Assembly (NCBI GenBank): GCA_045634425.1 | Contig: JAZRAF010000079.1 | Coordinates: 1-48,260, forward strand | Length of the DNA stretch: 48,260 nt | Direction of reading: 5' to 3' | Origin: Eubacteriales bacterium | GTDB lineage: Bacteria; Bacillota; Clostridia; Oscillospirales; CAG-272 | In this document: piece by piece, positions 25,001-33,374 of the stretch | Position numbering within the stretch: the first letter of the stretch is position 1 | How the letters are laid out: each line of letters begins with the position of its first letter | Program-made: the position numbers and the translations under genes | Notes under the pieces: generated by a model | Told to the model about the DNA's origin: nothing | Seen by the model: the letters and a program-made list of their open reading frames with translations, nothing else | The model's database searches: none

Positions 25001-26940
25001 CCGTTGTCGTAAAGGTCAACTGCGGGAGCGTCCTCGCCATCAAGTCTTGCGCCAAGACCTGCAGGAACGGTGAAGGTGTAGTTACCCTCTGCAGCTGCGG
25101 TGTAAACGTAGGTCTGATCCTCGTTGGTGTAGGTGTTGAGGTCAACGACCTTAACGCTGATGCTGTCCGCATCACCGGTGATCTCGGTTACGGGAGCGGA
25201 GGTAACGTTAAGAACGAAGGTCTTGGAAACGTCGCCGAAGGAAATGGTTACGTTGTAAGAGCCTGCATCGCGAAGCTTAAGCTTAAGAACGCCGGTGTAA
25301 GCGGAGTAGCCGTTAAGCATCTCGTCAACAGAGCCGGGATCCATATACCAAGCGCGACCCTCGGAGTCGGGATCGTTGTTAACGAACTCGAAGGTGAAGT
25401 CATCAGAGTTGATGAACTTAGAGGATGCGGTTACGGGAAGGATATCGCCGATCGCAAAGGATGCGTAAGTGCCGGAAATGATGTCGATAGACTCGCCTAT
25501 GGGAGCGGTAACGGTAGGAATGGGGTTGCCGTTCTCATCTGCCTCGGTCTCAAGAACGTAGAGAAGCTCGAAGGAGGAAGGAAGAAGAGATGCTCTGGGA
25601 TAGGGAGTGGTAAAGGTTCTCTCACCGGACATCTGTGCAACAGAGTAGGTGTAGAAGGAGGGGTTAGCGGTTGCCTTAAGAGTAGGATACTCAGCGATGG
25701 TTACAGTGCCGTCACCGTTGTCGGTGTAGGTGTAATCAAGGTCGCTGTCGTTCTCATAATCTCTGTAAACCTCAACCTGGAAGTTTGCCATATCGATGAT
25801 GAGATCCTCGTTTACGGTAAACTCAACGTCAACGTTGTAGTACTCAAGCTCTACGGTGTAAAGCGCGCCGCCTACGGTAGTAGCGTTAACCGAGTAGTAG
25901 GTGTAGGAGAAGAAGTAAACTCCGTCCTTGATGCCCTTGGTTGCATCCTTAACTCTTACACCCGCGTTCATCTGGTTGTAAAGAGCATAGAGCATATTTG
26001 CAAGGGTGCTGGTGTCTGCGCTATCGGAGGGGATAACGCTGCCGGGGATGTAGTTGTAGCCGTTAAGGAACTGTGCAGCACCTGCGATGGGAGCAAGCTC
26101 GTACTGGCCGTACTCCATCTCAGCGCCGAACACCTCGCCATTACCGAGGTCCTCAAACCACTGCTCGTTCTGACCGACAAATGCACCGGTCTTGTCAAAG
26201 GAGACGTACTGAATATAGGACTCGCCGTTACCGAGAGCGAAGTGGACCTTATTGGTCTTGCCGTTCTCAAGAGTCTGGGCACCGATGCCGCCGTAAACAG
26301 CCTCGGAAGCAATAACGTCACCGTAAGCTACCTTATCGTTGCGTGCAACTGCAGCAGCGAGGATAGCAGCGATATCGGTAGCGTCGATCTCTTTGATCTT
26401 CGCATCACAAACGGTACAGTAGCCGGCATCGTTAAGCTGGTGAGCTGCCTTGTCAGCAACCTCTACGCCGTGCTCGCAAAGAGCCTTGTGCCAGTGATAC
26501 TCTGCATCGTTTGTCCAAGCGGTATCATAGTAGTGAGTGTGAATGTCGTTGATAACGTACTTACATACGTCGCACTCGCCGTCGCCATTTGCGTCAGCGT
26601 GTGCCGCAACGTTAGCGCCTGCTACGATGTGGCCGCAGTCAGCTGCATTCCAGTGATTGGTGCAGTCAACGGTCCAGCCCTCAGCATAGGTGTGTCCGTC
26701 AGCACAAGCCATCTTGTACTCACAAACGTCACACGCGCCGTCGTTGTTCTTGTCTGCGTGGGAGAACTTCTGTTCGGGAGCGTCCTCACAATCGCAGGTT
26801 GCCTGATACCAGTGTCCCACAGCGTCCGATGACCATGTTTCACTATAGGTATGTGAATGAACTTCTTCGGGCTCGCCGCAGGATGCGATAACGCATACTA
26901 CCATAACGAGGCAAAGAAGAAGAGCAATAATTCTTTTCAT
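22033..26940 (-). CDS. Large (1635 aa) acidic modular surface lipoprotein of unknown function
   Basis: AAGGAGG RBS; lipobox IASC; N-terminal His/Trp/Cys repeats; Thr/Gly/Tyr-rich beta-sandwich modules separated by GGE/GGD linkers; codon usage matches the host. Confidence 0.85.
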   Translation of the reverse strand: MKRIIALLLCLVMVVCVIASCGEPEEVHSHTYSETWSSDAVGHWYQATCDCEDAPEQKFSHADKNNDGACDVCEYKMACADGHTYAEGWTVDCTNHWNAADCGHIVAGANVAAHADANGDGECDVCKYVINDIHTHYYDTAWTNDAEYHWHKALCEHGVEVADKAAHQLNDAGYCTVCDAKIKEIDATDIAAILAAAVARNDKVAYGDVIASEAVYGGIGAQTLENGKTNKVHFALGNGESYIQYVSFDKTGAFVGQNEQWFEDLGNGEVFGAEMEYGQYELAPIAGAAQFLNGYNYIPGSVIPSDSADTSTLANMLYALYNQMNAGVRVKDATKGIKDGVYFFSYTYYSVNATTVGGALYTVELEYYNVDVEFTVNEDLIIDMANFQVEVYRDYENDSDLDYTYTDNGDGTVTIAEYPTLKATANPSFYTYSVAQMSGERTFTTPYPRASLLPSSFELLYVLETEADENGNPIPTVTAPIGESIDIISGTYASFAIGDILPVTASSKFINSDDFTFEFVNNDPDSEGRAWYMDPGSVDEMLNGYSAYTGVLKLKLRDAGSYNVTISFGDVSKTFVLNVTSAPVTEITGDADSISVKVVDLNTYTNEDQTYVYTAAAEGNYTFTVPAGLGARLDGEDAPAVDLYDNGGVFTVGLNAGESVKIYFAAGDTNKYEVTIAYAAADIPDNEGGDQPGGDEGGESGAIGNIVGTYYSGNEVLVIKDDGTMTFTVVPYVYTYVINDGVVTYTYNGGFEYTADNMMAAYFGYLTFDSNGIPATFVCNGGTVYELTTTPGGSEGGDQPGGDEPEQNTNDIKPETADGNFTVKVTDTYSWIDEYTFTAPVAGTYTFTLPAGLGLYTQNSMDSWGDAEVDYYSNETGAAFSIELTAGQKLTFFVGSLTTGTYTVEFTDDEDKIVYPTVGLFVGDNEITVLPGQLAAGVTCVLNCWDAGAHTFTLAGAEIAIYNSLGELMASGTGSATANFESYRNYTIIIKPTAAGNVTLTVSVAYPEGTYQNPEAITVPTTLNVNLPGNYTTYYYTFTATATGKVTITFANANIVVNVNDKEITSGASITVIAGTSYTLTAYADDAQTDTMTVAFEAGELTEADWFGLVAGDYYLKDDSSLNISADGTITRSYYSMVTWSELFVHTYTGALTVGEDGTITIVPTPTAGAPALGKITLVSGEGYYAISVEGIYSSIYAGETEVEVEENDQDGANYSYIAEEEGTLTVTIKGASMYNAETQAWEEVPAAALAMVIARGNIVFAVNGTVLTATTTTVDLVVAKAVTIQIASPTGQAIKVTIDVAYTAPAAGGEGGSEGGSESGMTGSGTTDDPYIVGAADLPIEIPVAGEHDLYYKFTATEAMVITVSYTSGNYVSITGGYWEKDSANCIYTVTLKAGETITINPWGSKAGTYVIAVAAPEGGDESDIAGSGKQNDPYIVGEENLPVEIPVTGEHDLYYKFTATNDIDMIITYNAGNYVSITGGNWNKDSANLLYTLTVKAGETVTINPWGSKEGTYTITVATPTTPDEGGSEGGEGGSEGGETSVVTYISAKHSNGRSIKVEIDIITGVVTLTRSNMSGGWDASIATATCTVEAGTTVTATNVSNGNAVTVVFDETGAPTSITWGTAAYDTFTLQA
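22378..22971 (-). repeat. Tandem duplication of an ~100-aa module within the large lipoprotein
   Basis: GSG.xDPYIVG...GEHDLYYKFTAT...GNYVSITGG.W.KDSAN...KAGET.TINPWGSK.GTY occurs twice; the GSG starts are 312 nt apart. Confidence 0.9.
24529..24882 (-). repeat. 30-nt direct repeat encoding the EGGDQPGGDE linker (24529-24558 and 24853-24882)
   Basis: CTC(A/G)TCGCCGCCGGGCTGGTCGCCACCCTC twice, one mismatch. Confidence 0.85.
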
Positions 26941-27101
26941 AATGAAAAGCCTCCTTAGAAAAATTTTTATATATCACCGAAGTCACATCCGGGAAGCCCC
27001 GCGGTCTCGGAAAACACGCGGTGGGGAAAAATATGCATTTTATGCATCAAAATATGCTTGATGCCTGCTTTCCCGGTGCGAACCGATAATTTAATGAAGT
27101 T

Positions 27102-27130
27102 ATTATACACTATAAAAATAAAGAAATCAA
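27102..27130 (-). promoter_or_regulatory. Sigma-A promoter for the large lipoprotein, giving an ~150-nt leader
   Basis: TTGATT-17 nt-TATAAT. Confidence 0.6.
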
Positions 27131-27251
27131 TAGGAATTTTAACATTTAGTTAATATTCTTCATATTTTGTTAGAATTACACAGTACTCTTATAGCGTATT
27201 TATGCAAGTTGATATGAATAAATATGCAAATTATGCGGGTAAAACCGAATA

Positions 27252-28880
27252 TTACTGCACGTCGTAGTAGTAGCACATAATGAGCCACTCGGAGCCGGAG
27301 GGTGCCTGATAGCCCTGCTTTTCAAGATCGCCCATACCGTCGCGGAAGAAGTTTGAGGCGGGGTGCTGTACGAAATTGTAAAGGAACTCCTGAAGCTCCT
27401 CGGTTACGGGAACCATACCGTCGGAGTTTGCATAGCTTCTGTATCCCTCAACGCCGATAAGCTCGGCAGGACATCTGCGGCAGTCCTTGGTGCAGTTGGT
27501 GCACTCGTCGGTGCACGCCCATCCAAGCTTGCTGTCGGGATCGCTCTCATCGTAGGTGTGACAGGTACAGCTCGTGGAGCAATAATAGGTACCGCCGTTG
27601 ATCTTTCCGTATGTGGAAAGTCTTTTGTAACCCTCGATAAAGTGCTTGTAGTTGATGCCGTTACAGGAAAGACGCGCGTTTTGCGTTTCGAGATCGTTTG
27701 CGGTCGGGTCAACGTATTCGATGCCCGATATCGCTTTATCAAGGAATCTTGAAACAGAGGTGATCGCGGCGTAAAGTATCGGACCGTAGCCGCCGTTGTC
27801 GGCGTATTTTACCTCATCGTAGAGGTGATAGAAGCCGTCGCCGCCCTTGCTCTTGGGCCAGAGCTTCACTCTTGCCTCGTCAAAGACGAGCGCGCCGCTG
27901 GAGTGGCGGTACTCGGGAGTAAGTAGGGAGTATTCCGAGCCGTATTCGTGATCGTTTACGTCGTAGTTTGAGAAATCGAAGTCTACCGTTGCCATAACGC
28001 TTGACGCTGCGCCGCCCGAGGGGGGAAGCTCAAAGCTGCCGTTGCGCTTTACCGCAAAGGTGACCGTGATGGGATACTTGTTGTTTTTGGACTCTGCCTT
28101 AACGGCGAAGGTGTAGGTCGCCTGTCCGCCCGAGCTTATATTCTCGTCGGCGATCTGAACGGTGTGAACAAAGTTCAGAGTGTAGCTTCCGACGGGGCCG
28201 CCGTCGTTTATCGTTTCGACGTATTCGCTCCAGGCAAAGGTGCCTCTGTAAACGTCAACGTAGGGGTTAACGTTGTCAGCGGTGATGTCGATCCAGCTTT
28301 CGATGGAGTAAACTCCGTTTCCCTCGGGAGCGTATCTGAAATAGATAGCCTCATCAGGACTGTTGAGGACCGCAGAATAGACACCCGTCTTTGTAAATTG
28401 ATAACAATCGTACACGCCCGTGCCGCCGCCGGAGAGGTGGTTGAGGGTGTAAAGCTCGACCGTGATATTGCGGTCGTCGTTGGTTGCTATATAGCCGTTG
28501 GGGTTGTAGGTGTACTCGTTGGGAACGTCGGATAAGGTGACACGGTAGTCACCGTCCAGGCCGTCAACGCGTGCAACGCCGTTCTTATCAAAGGTGGCGG
28601 TGTGTATGCTGAAGCCGTCGTTCCAATACGCCTGCATCTCCATTCTCGGGCTGTACGGCTGACCGTCAGCGGTAAGGGTTACGGTGAAGTCGTCGGTGGG
28701 GTCGTCGTTAAGATCGTCGTCCTTATTGCCGCCGTCACCATCCCCTGCTCCGCCATCGCCGAAAATTCCGCCGAGGATGCCACCCGTGCCGCCGCTTTCC
28801 TCATATCCTTCGCACGCCGCGAGGGAGAAAAGCGAGCAGAGCGCAAGCACAAGTGCTATGATTCTTTTTAAATTGTTCAT
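27252..28880 (-). CDS. Lipoprotein of unknown function with a C-terminal Cys-rich cluster
   Basis: AAAGGAG RBS; lipobox LAAC; Gly/Asp-rich linker; CSTSCTCH...CTDECTNCTKDCRRC; starts 17 nt after the VWA gene stop. Confidence 0.82.
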   Translation of the reverse strand: MNNLKRIIALVLALCSLFSLAACEGYEESGGTGGILGGIFGDGGAGDGDGGNKDDDLNDDPTDDFTVTLTADGQPYSPRMEMQAYWNDGFSIHTATFDKNGVARVDGLDGDYRVTLSDVPNEYTYNPNGYIATNDDRNITVELYTLNHLSGGGTGVYDCYQFTKTGVYSAVLNSPDEAIYFRYAPEGNGVYSIESWIDITADNVNPYVDVYRGTFAWSEYVETINDGGPVGSYTLNFVHTVQIADENISSGGQATYTFAVKAESKNNKYPITVTFAVKRNGSFELPPSGGAASSVMATVDFDFSNYDVNDHEYGSEYSLLTPEYRHSSGALVFDEARVKLWPKSKGGDGFYHLYDEVKYADNGGYGPILYAAITSVSRFLDKAISGIEYVDPTANDLETQNARLSCNGINYKHFIEGYKRLSTYGKINGGTYYCSTSCTCHTYDESDPDSKLGWACTDECTNCTKDCRRCPAELIGVEGYRSYANSDGMVPVTEELQEFLYNFVQHPASNFFRDGMGDLEKQGYQAPSGSEWLIMCYYYDVQ

Positions 28881-28897
28881 TCGTTTTTCTCCTTTCG

Positions 28898-31552
28898 TCA
28901 GCGTTTAAGGCTAATCTTTTTCTTCTTCTTTGAGAGCTTCATTTTTCTTACAAGCACGTCAAGAAGGAAGAGCGAGACAGCCGCGATAAGAAGGGGTATG
29001 CGGTAGCTCATATTGTAGGTCGTGACCTCGCTTCTCTCGTTTTCGAGATTGGGGATCTCGCCCTCAAGTATAGAGCCGTTTCCGCGCATAAACTCGTAGA
29101 TGTTTGCCTTCGAGAAGGTTGCAAAGGCGTTGTACTCGGTGAGGTAAGGTATCTCAAAGCTTTCCGTAGAGGTGAACACCTTTTCATCGTATGAGTAGCT
29201 CACGTCTATGGTATAGGTACCGACCTTGCCGGTATCAAAGGTGTAGGTATACTTTCTTGAGTCAAACTCAAGGTTTCTTGTGATGGTCTTGCCACCGGGA
29301 AGAGTTACAACGATGGTGACGACTGCCTTGGGATTGAGTATGCCGGGCACGATCTCAATATAAGCGTCGTAATCGTTGCTTTCGATAGTCACGTTAAAGG
29401 GGTGGTCAACGCGCTCGTCGGGAATTGCGGCGGTAAGCATATTTGAAATGATCCCTACCCTTTCAGCCTCGGTCCAAAGCGAGGTCCACTCGCCCGAAAG
29501 TGAGGTCGTAAGGGTTGCAATTCTACCGTTTCCGTGGGTACGGTATGCGTAAAGCGGAACCTCACGCACGTAGCTCGTGCCCTTGACGTAGTTGATGGTA
29601 AGGGGTACCGTGGCATCGTATTTTGCCATAGACTGAACGAATCCCGAAACCGAGGAGATGCTGCTAAGGCCCGAAACGATCGGGTCACGGTATCTCTCGA
29701 TATTGACCGTAGAGTTTCTCTCGATGACCGACTCGGTAACGTCGTTTGCCACCGTGCCGAATACGAGGGAGTCAACCTTTTCAAGATTCGAGATCTCGTA
29801 ATACACGCCGCCAACGCCTGCGCCAACGACACGCTTAAGGGTTGCCCTACCGTCCTCGCCGTCAGCGGGGATATAGGTGTTAATAGCCGACACGGGTGTG
29901 CCCGAATCGAAAAGCTCGCCTGCTACCTGAACGGCATCCTTGGTGTTGTCAAAGCTGAAGCCGTCGGAGATAAGCATAACCTGGTTTTCGGAGAGGTTGA
30001 GGTTTTTGATAGCCTTCATCGCTTCCTCAAGGCCAAGTCCGATATCGGTGCCGTGTGCGGTGTAGAGATCGTCAATGTACTCGGTGAGCTCACTTCTTAC
30101 GTCACCCACGCGGTCGGGTGTGCGCACCTTGATCTCACCCGAGAAGGTTACGAGGCAGACGTAGTCGTCATCGTTGAGAAGAGATACGAGCTTTATCGCC
30201 GCTTCCTTTGCGATGCTGAACTTGTACGCCATAAACATACTGTGAGATACGTCGAGAACTATCGTATAAAGCTTACCGTCGCGGGCGTAGTTGCCGTAAT
30301 CGACGGGGAGTATCTCCTGAAGCTTTTGGAAAAGAGGATCCTCGTCCTCGGTCTGTATGTACAGGTTTCCGAGGGTGATAAGGCTCTTGCCGTACTGGGA
30401 TACCGCGTTATCGATAGAGTCGATAAATGCGTTTGCGTTATGGATATTTCTTACGTCCACGTTGGAAAGAATGATCTCGTCATACTCGATCATATCCTCA
30501 ATGGTGAAAGGAACTCTGTTGTTCTTTGAGGTGATAACGTAGGAGTCGATAGTCGCCTCACTGCCGTATACCGAGCCGATCAAGGACACGTCGTCCTTCT
30601 GACCCGTAACGAGGAGTATCTTCGTCTTTCCTACTACGGTCTGACGGAATGTGCACTCGTTGTTGTAGTCGGAGATATCGTCATCGGCGGTGATGACCGC
30701 CTTGTACTCATACTCGCCCGACATATTGGTCGGAAGAGTCATCGTAACGGTGTCAAGACCCGATTCAACGTTTATAACGGTGTAGCCGATCCTCTCAAAC
30801 TCCTGATCCTTTACCGCTACGTCGCGCATAAAGAGCTCGAGCATAACGTTGGTGGTGCCGGAGGACTGAATGAGAAGATTTACCTCGCTCTGGTGGTCGA
30901 GGTAGGTAGAGGGTGCGCAATCTGCACCCGAGAGCTGAACCTCGGTCTGTCCCTCCTTGAGGGTGCTGTCAAGGAATATGGTATCGATCTTAACGCCGTT
31001 TTCGGTGAGTCTTTCAACCGTTGAGGCGATGGTGCCGACGTCCTTGTTTACGGTGTCACAGCCGTCGGTGATAAGAATGATACGCTTGATAACGTCCTTA
31101 CCGAAAAGAGTTTCGGTATATCCGAGCGCCGAGGCGATGTTGGTTGCGGTGGTGTCCACCGTAGCTTCCTTAACGCTCTTTAAGGTTCTGCCCGCAGAGG
31201 TGAGGACTACGTTATCCTTACCGAAGCAGACGACACCGAGGTTGGAGTTTGCCGGCAGGTTTTCCTTGATCTCGGCAATATACTCGTCAATTCGGTCAAG
31301 ATCACGCTCGGTGGAATATGACACGTCGGCAACGACGTAAACGGTGGTCTTCGTCATTACGGTGACGGACATAAGTCCTGCCGCGGCAAGGCTTATAAGC
31401 ACCGAGATAACGATATGCACGCACAGGGACATAAACCAGCCGATGGTCTTGTTGTCCTTGTTTTTGATGATTACGTAAGGGATAATTATCGCCAATGCGA
31501 GGGGTATGGCGATCAGGAGCAGATAGGGATTATCGAAGCTGATATTTTTCAT
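28898..31552 (-). CDS. Membrane-anchored double VWA-domain protein
   Basis: N-terminal F.NP..LL TM pair; MIDAS DVSYS...T...TDG and DVSHS...GTD...SDG; GATase-like insert (YDEIILSNV, LPV); C-terminal TM and Lys tail. Confidence 0.85.
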   Translation of the reverse strand: MKNISFDNPYLLLIAIPLALAIIIPYVIIKNKDNKTIGWFMSLCVHIVISVLISLAAAGLMSVTVMTKTTVYVVADVSYSTERDLDRIDEYIAEIKENLPANSNLGVVCFGKDNVVLTSAGRTLKSVKEATVDTTATNIASALGYTETLFGKDVIKRIILITDGCDTVNKDVGTIASTVERLTENGVKIDTIFLDSTLKEGQTEVQLSGADCAPSTYLDHQSEVNLLIQSSGTTNVMLELFMRDVAVKDQEFERIGYTVINVESGLDTVTMTLPTNMSGEYEYKAVITADDDISDYNNECTFRQTVVGKTKILLVTGQKDDVSLIGSVYGSEATIDSYVITSKNNRVPFTIEDMIEYDEIILSNVDVRNIHNANAFIDSIDNAVSQYGKSLITLGNLYIQTEDEDPLFQKLQEILPVDYGNYARDGKLYTIVLDVSHSMFMAYKFSIAKEAAIKLVSLLNDDDYVCLVTFSGEIKVRTPDRVGDVRSELTEYIDDLYTAHGTDIGLGLEEAMKAIKNLNLSENQVMLISDGFSFDNTKDAVQVAGELFDSGTPVSAINTYIPADGEDGRATLKRVVGAGVGGVYYEISNLEKVDSLVFGTVANDVTESVIERNSTVNIERYRDPIVSGLSSISSVSGFVQSMAKYDATVPLTINYVKGTSYVREVPLYAYRTHGNGRIATLTTSLSGEWTSLWTEAERVGIISNMLTAAIPDERVDHPFNVTIESNDYDAYIEIVPGILNPKAVVTIVVTLPGGKTITRNLEFDSRKYTYTFDTGKVGTYTIDVSYSYDEKVFTSTESFEIPYLTEYNAFATFSKANIYEFMRGNGSILEGEIPNLENERSEVTTYNMSYRIPLLIAAVSLFLLDVLVRKMKLSKKKKKISLKR

Positions 31553-33374
31553 AGCAATATACCCCCCAATCCGCTAAAAACAGCAATACTAACATTACGA
31601 AAAGCAGAGTTGACGGATCGTATTTTCCGTCGATCTTACGGTCCCCCCTCTCACCTGAAAGCGAGAAATCACCCTCCGTTACCACGGGCACGCTCTCCGA
31701 AAGAGGTGCTGCGGCGTAGACGGGATACTCGTTGTTTCTGCCGCCCTCGGTCACGATGACGCGGTAGGTGCCGACCTCGCTGAGCTTGAGAGTTGCGGTG
31801 GTGCCGTCGGACTCCATATATACCTCCTCACCCGAGGGGGCAATAGCCTTGACGCTTTCCATAGTTGAGGTGATGTTTACAAGCACCTCCTCACCCGCCA
31901 CGTAGTCGGACGAGTCTATAACGTCGGGGAATGAATACTCGACGAGGTTGCCGATAAGCATTACGAAATCGGTGGAAAGTGCGATATCCGATTCGTGCAC
32001 GTCAAATGCAAATACGACCTGGCGGTTGCCAAGACCGTTTGCACCGGCAAATATCATCGGGTTGGAGTCGTAGGTAAACAGCGTATGGAAGTTGAGATAC
32101 ATACCGCTGTACTTTACGTAATTTTTGATATAGATCTCACCGCCCTCAATTCCCTCGAGGAGCTTGCGCACCATAGTAGAGGTCGATGCAGATTTTTTGA
32201 TAACGTCGGACTCGGTCAGGGATACCTTACCCTTTACGTTAAAGCCGGAGTCCTTAATGCTGGTGTCGGGGTTAACGAGCCATACAGCGCCGTTAGGAAG
32301 CACGGGGGGCTCGTAGGAATCGAAGATGTAAAGACCGTAGACCTCGTCAATGCCCTTCTCATACTTCTCGGGGCTGATAACGGTCACCTCGGAGTCAAGG
32401 AGTGCGTCAAGCACCGCCTCAAAGAAGAAGCCGGTCTCGCTGACGATAAGGGTGCTGTACGTCTTATCGCTGTCGAGGTTGTAGGTGGTGATGGAATTAT
32501 CCGCACCGTATGCGTCGGAATCAAGTATCTCGACCTTGAAGGATGAGAATCGAGGCACCGTGCACTCGATCTTTATCGGTGTGAGCTCGCCGTTCTTCAC
32601 AGCAATCGCGCCCTCGTTTTTAGCCTCTGTGTCAACCGAAAGGCGAACGGAAATATTGGCGTCGCCGCCGTAGGAAATGATATTTGCACCTACGGTGAGC
32701 TTACCGCCCGAGTGGGAATACTGAACGTCGGTGATAGCGTAGTTCGTTGCATTATCGGTAACGGTGATGACCTCGATGTTAGCGGCAGTGTCAAAGCTCT
32801 TGTCGGTAACGAGGTACATAAGCGACGAGGGATGCTCGGTGAAATATGCCTGCGCGGTGTTAAGCGACTTCATAGTGTCGACCGCAACTGCCTCGGGCTC
32901 AACGTCCTTGACAAGCTCGATCGCATATTTCTTATCGGTTATGCCCTGGAAGGTCATTATAGACTCGTCCGCAACGCAAAGAAGGGTAAAGGAGCTGCCG
33001 TCCTTTGCATCCTTGATCAGGTCAACGATCTCGTCCTTTGCCACCTCAAAGCGGGTGGTCTTGCCCTGCTCTATATTCATACTGCCCGATGCGTCGAGAA
33101 CGAAGCAATAGTCGTACGCAGCGCCGGGGAGAGTGAAGATGGGCTTGGCAATCGAAAGGGATACCACGGTAACGATGAGTATCTGGAGAATAAGGCTGAT
33201 AAGTCCGGTAAGACCCGAAAGGGGATTCTTACGCTTCAAGAACTTTTCGCTGAGCTCCCAGATATAGGTGGATGTGATGGTCTGCTCGTTATACTTACTG
33301 CGGAGTATGTATATGAGAATTACGATCGGAATACCGATCAGGCCGATCAGGCCGAGCGGCTGCAAAAACGTCAT
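31530..33374 (-). CDS. BatA N-terminal domain plus VWA-domain membrane protein
   Basis: MTFLQPLGLIGLIGIPIVILIYIL (BatA-like), P...VLDASGSM...TRF MIDAS, VTD, C-terminal TM ending LADW. Confidence 0.85.
   Translation of the reverse strand: MTFLQPLGLIGLIGIPIVILIYILRSKYNEQTITSTYIWELSEKFLKRKNPLSGLTGLISLILQILIVTVVSLSIAKPIFTLPGAAYDYCFVLDASGSMNIEQGKTTRFEVAKDEIVDLIKDAKDGSSFTLLCVADESIMTFQGITDKKYAIELVKDVEPEAVAVDTMKSLNTAQAYFTEHPSSLMYLVTDKSFDTAANIEVITVTDNATNYAITDVQYSHSGGKLTVGANIISYGGDANISVRLSVDTEAKNEGAIAVKNGELTPIKIECTVPRFSSFKVEILDSDAYGADNSITTYNLDSDKTYSTLIVSETGFFFEAVLDALLDSEVTVISPEKYEKGIDEVYGLYIFDSYEPPVLPNGAVWLVNPDTSIKDSGFNVKGKVSLTESDVIKKSASTSTMVRKLLEGIEGGEIYIKNYVKYSGMYLNFHTLFTYDSNPMIFAGANGLGNRQVVFAFDVHESDIALSTDFVMLIGNLVEYSFPDVIDSSDYVAGEEVLVNITSTMESVKAIAPSGEEVYMESDGTTATLKLSEVGTYRVIVTEGGRNNEYPVYAAAPLSESVPVVTEGDFSLSGERGDRKIDGKYDPSTLLFVMLVLLFLADWGVYCYEKYQLR

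Noticed and set aside
22285-26832. 1515-aa plus-strand ORF
   Set aside because: Codon-for-codon antisense mirror of the 1635-aa lipoprotein, explained by the same codon bias.
27555-27585. CTCH as a c-type haem-binding site
   Set aside because: Spacing is CxCH, not CxxCH, and no cytochrome c maturation genes are in the window.
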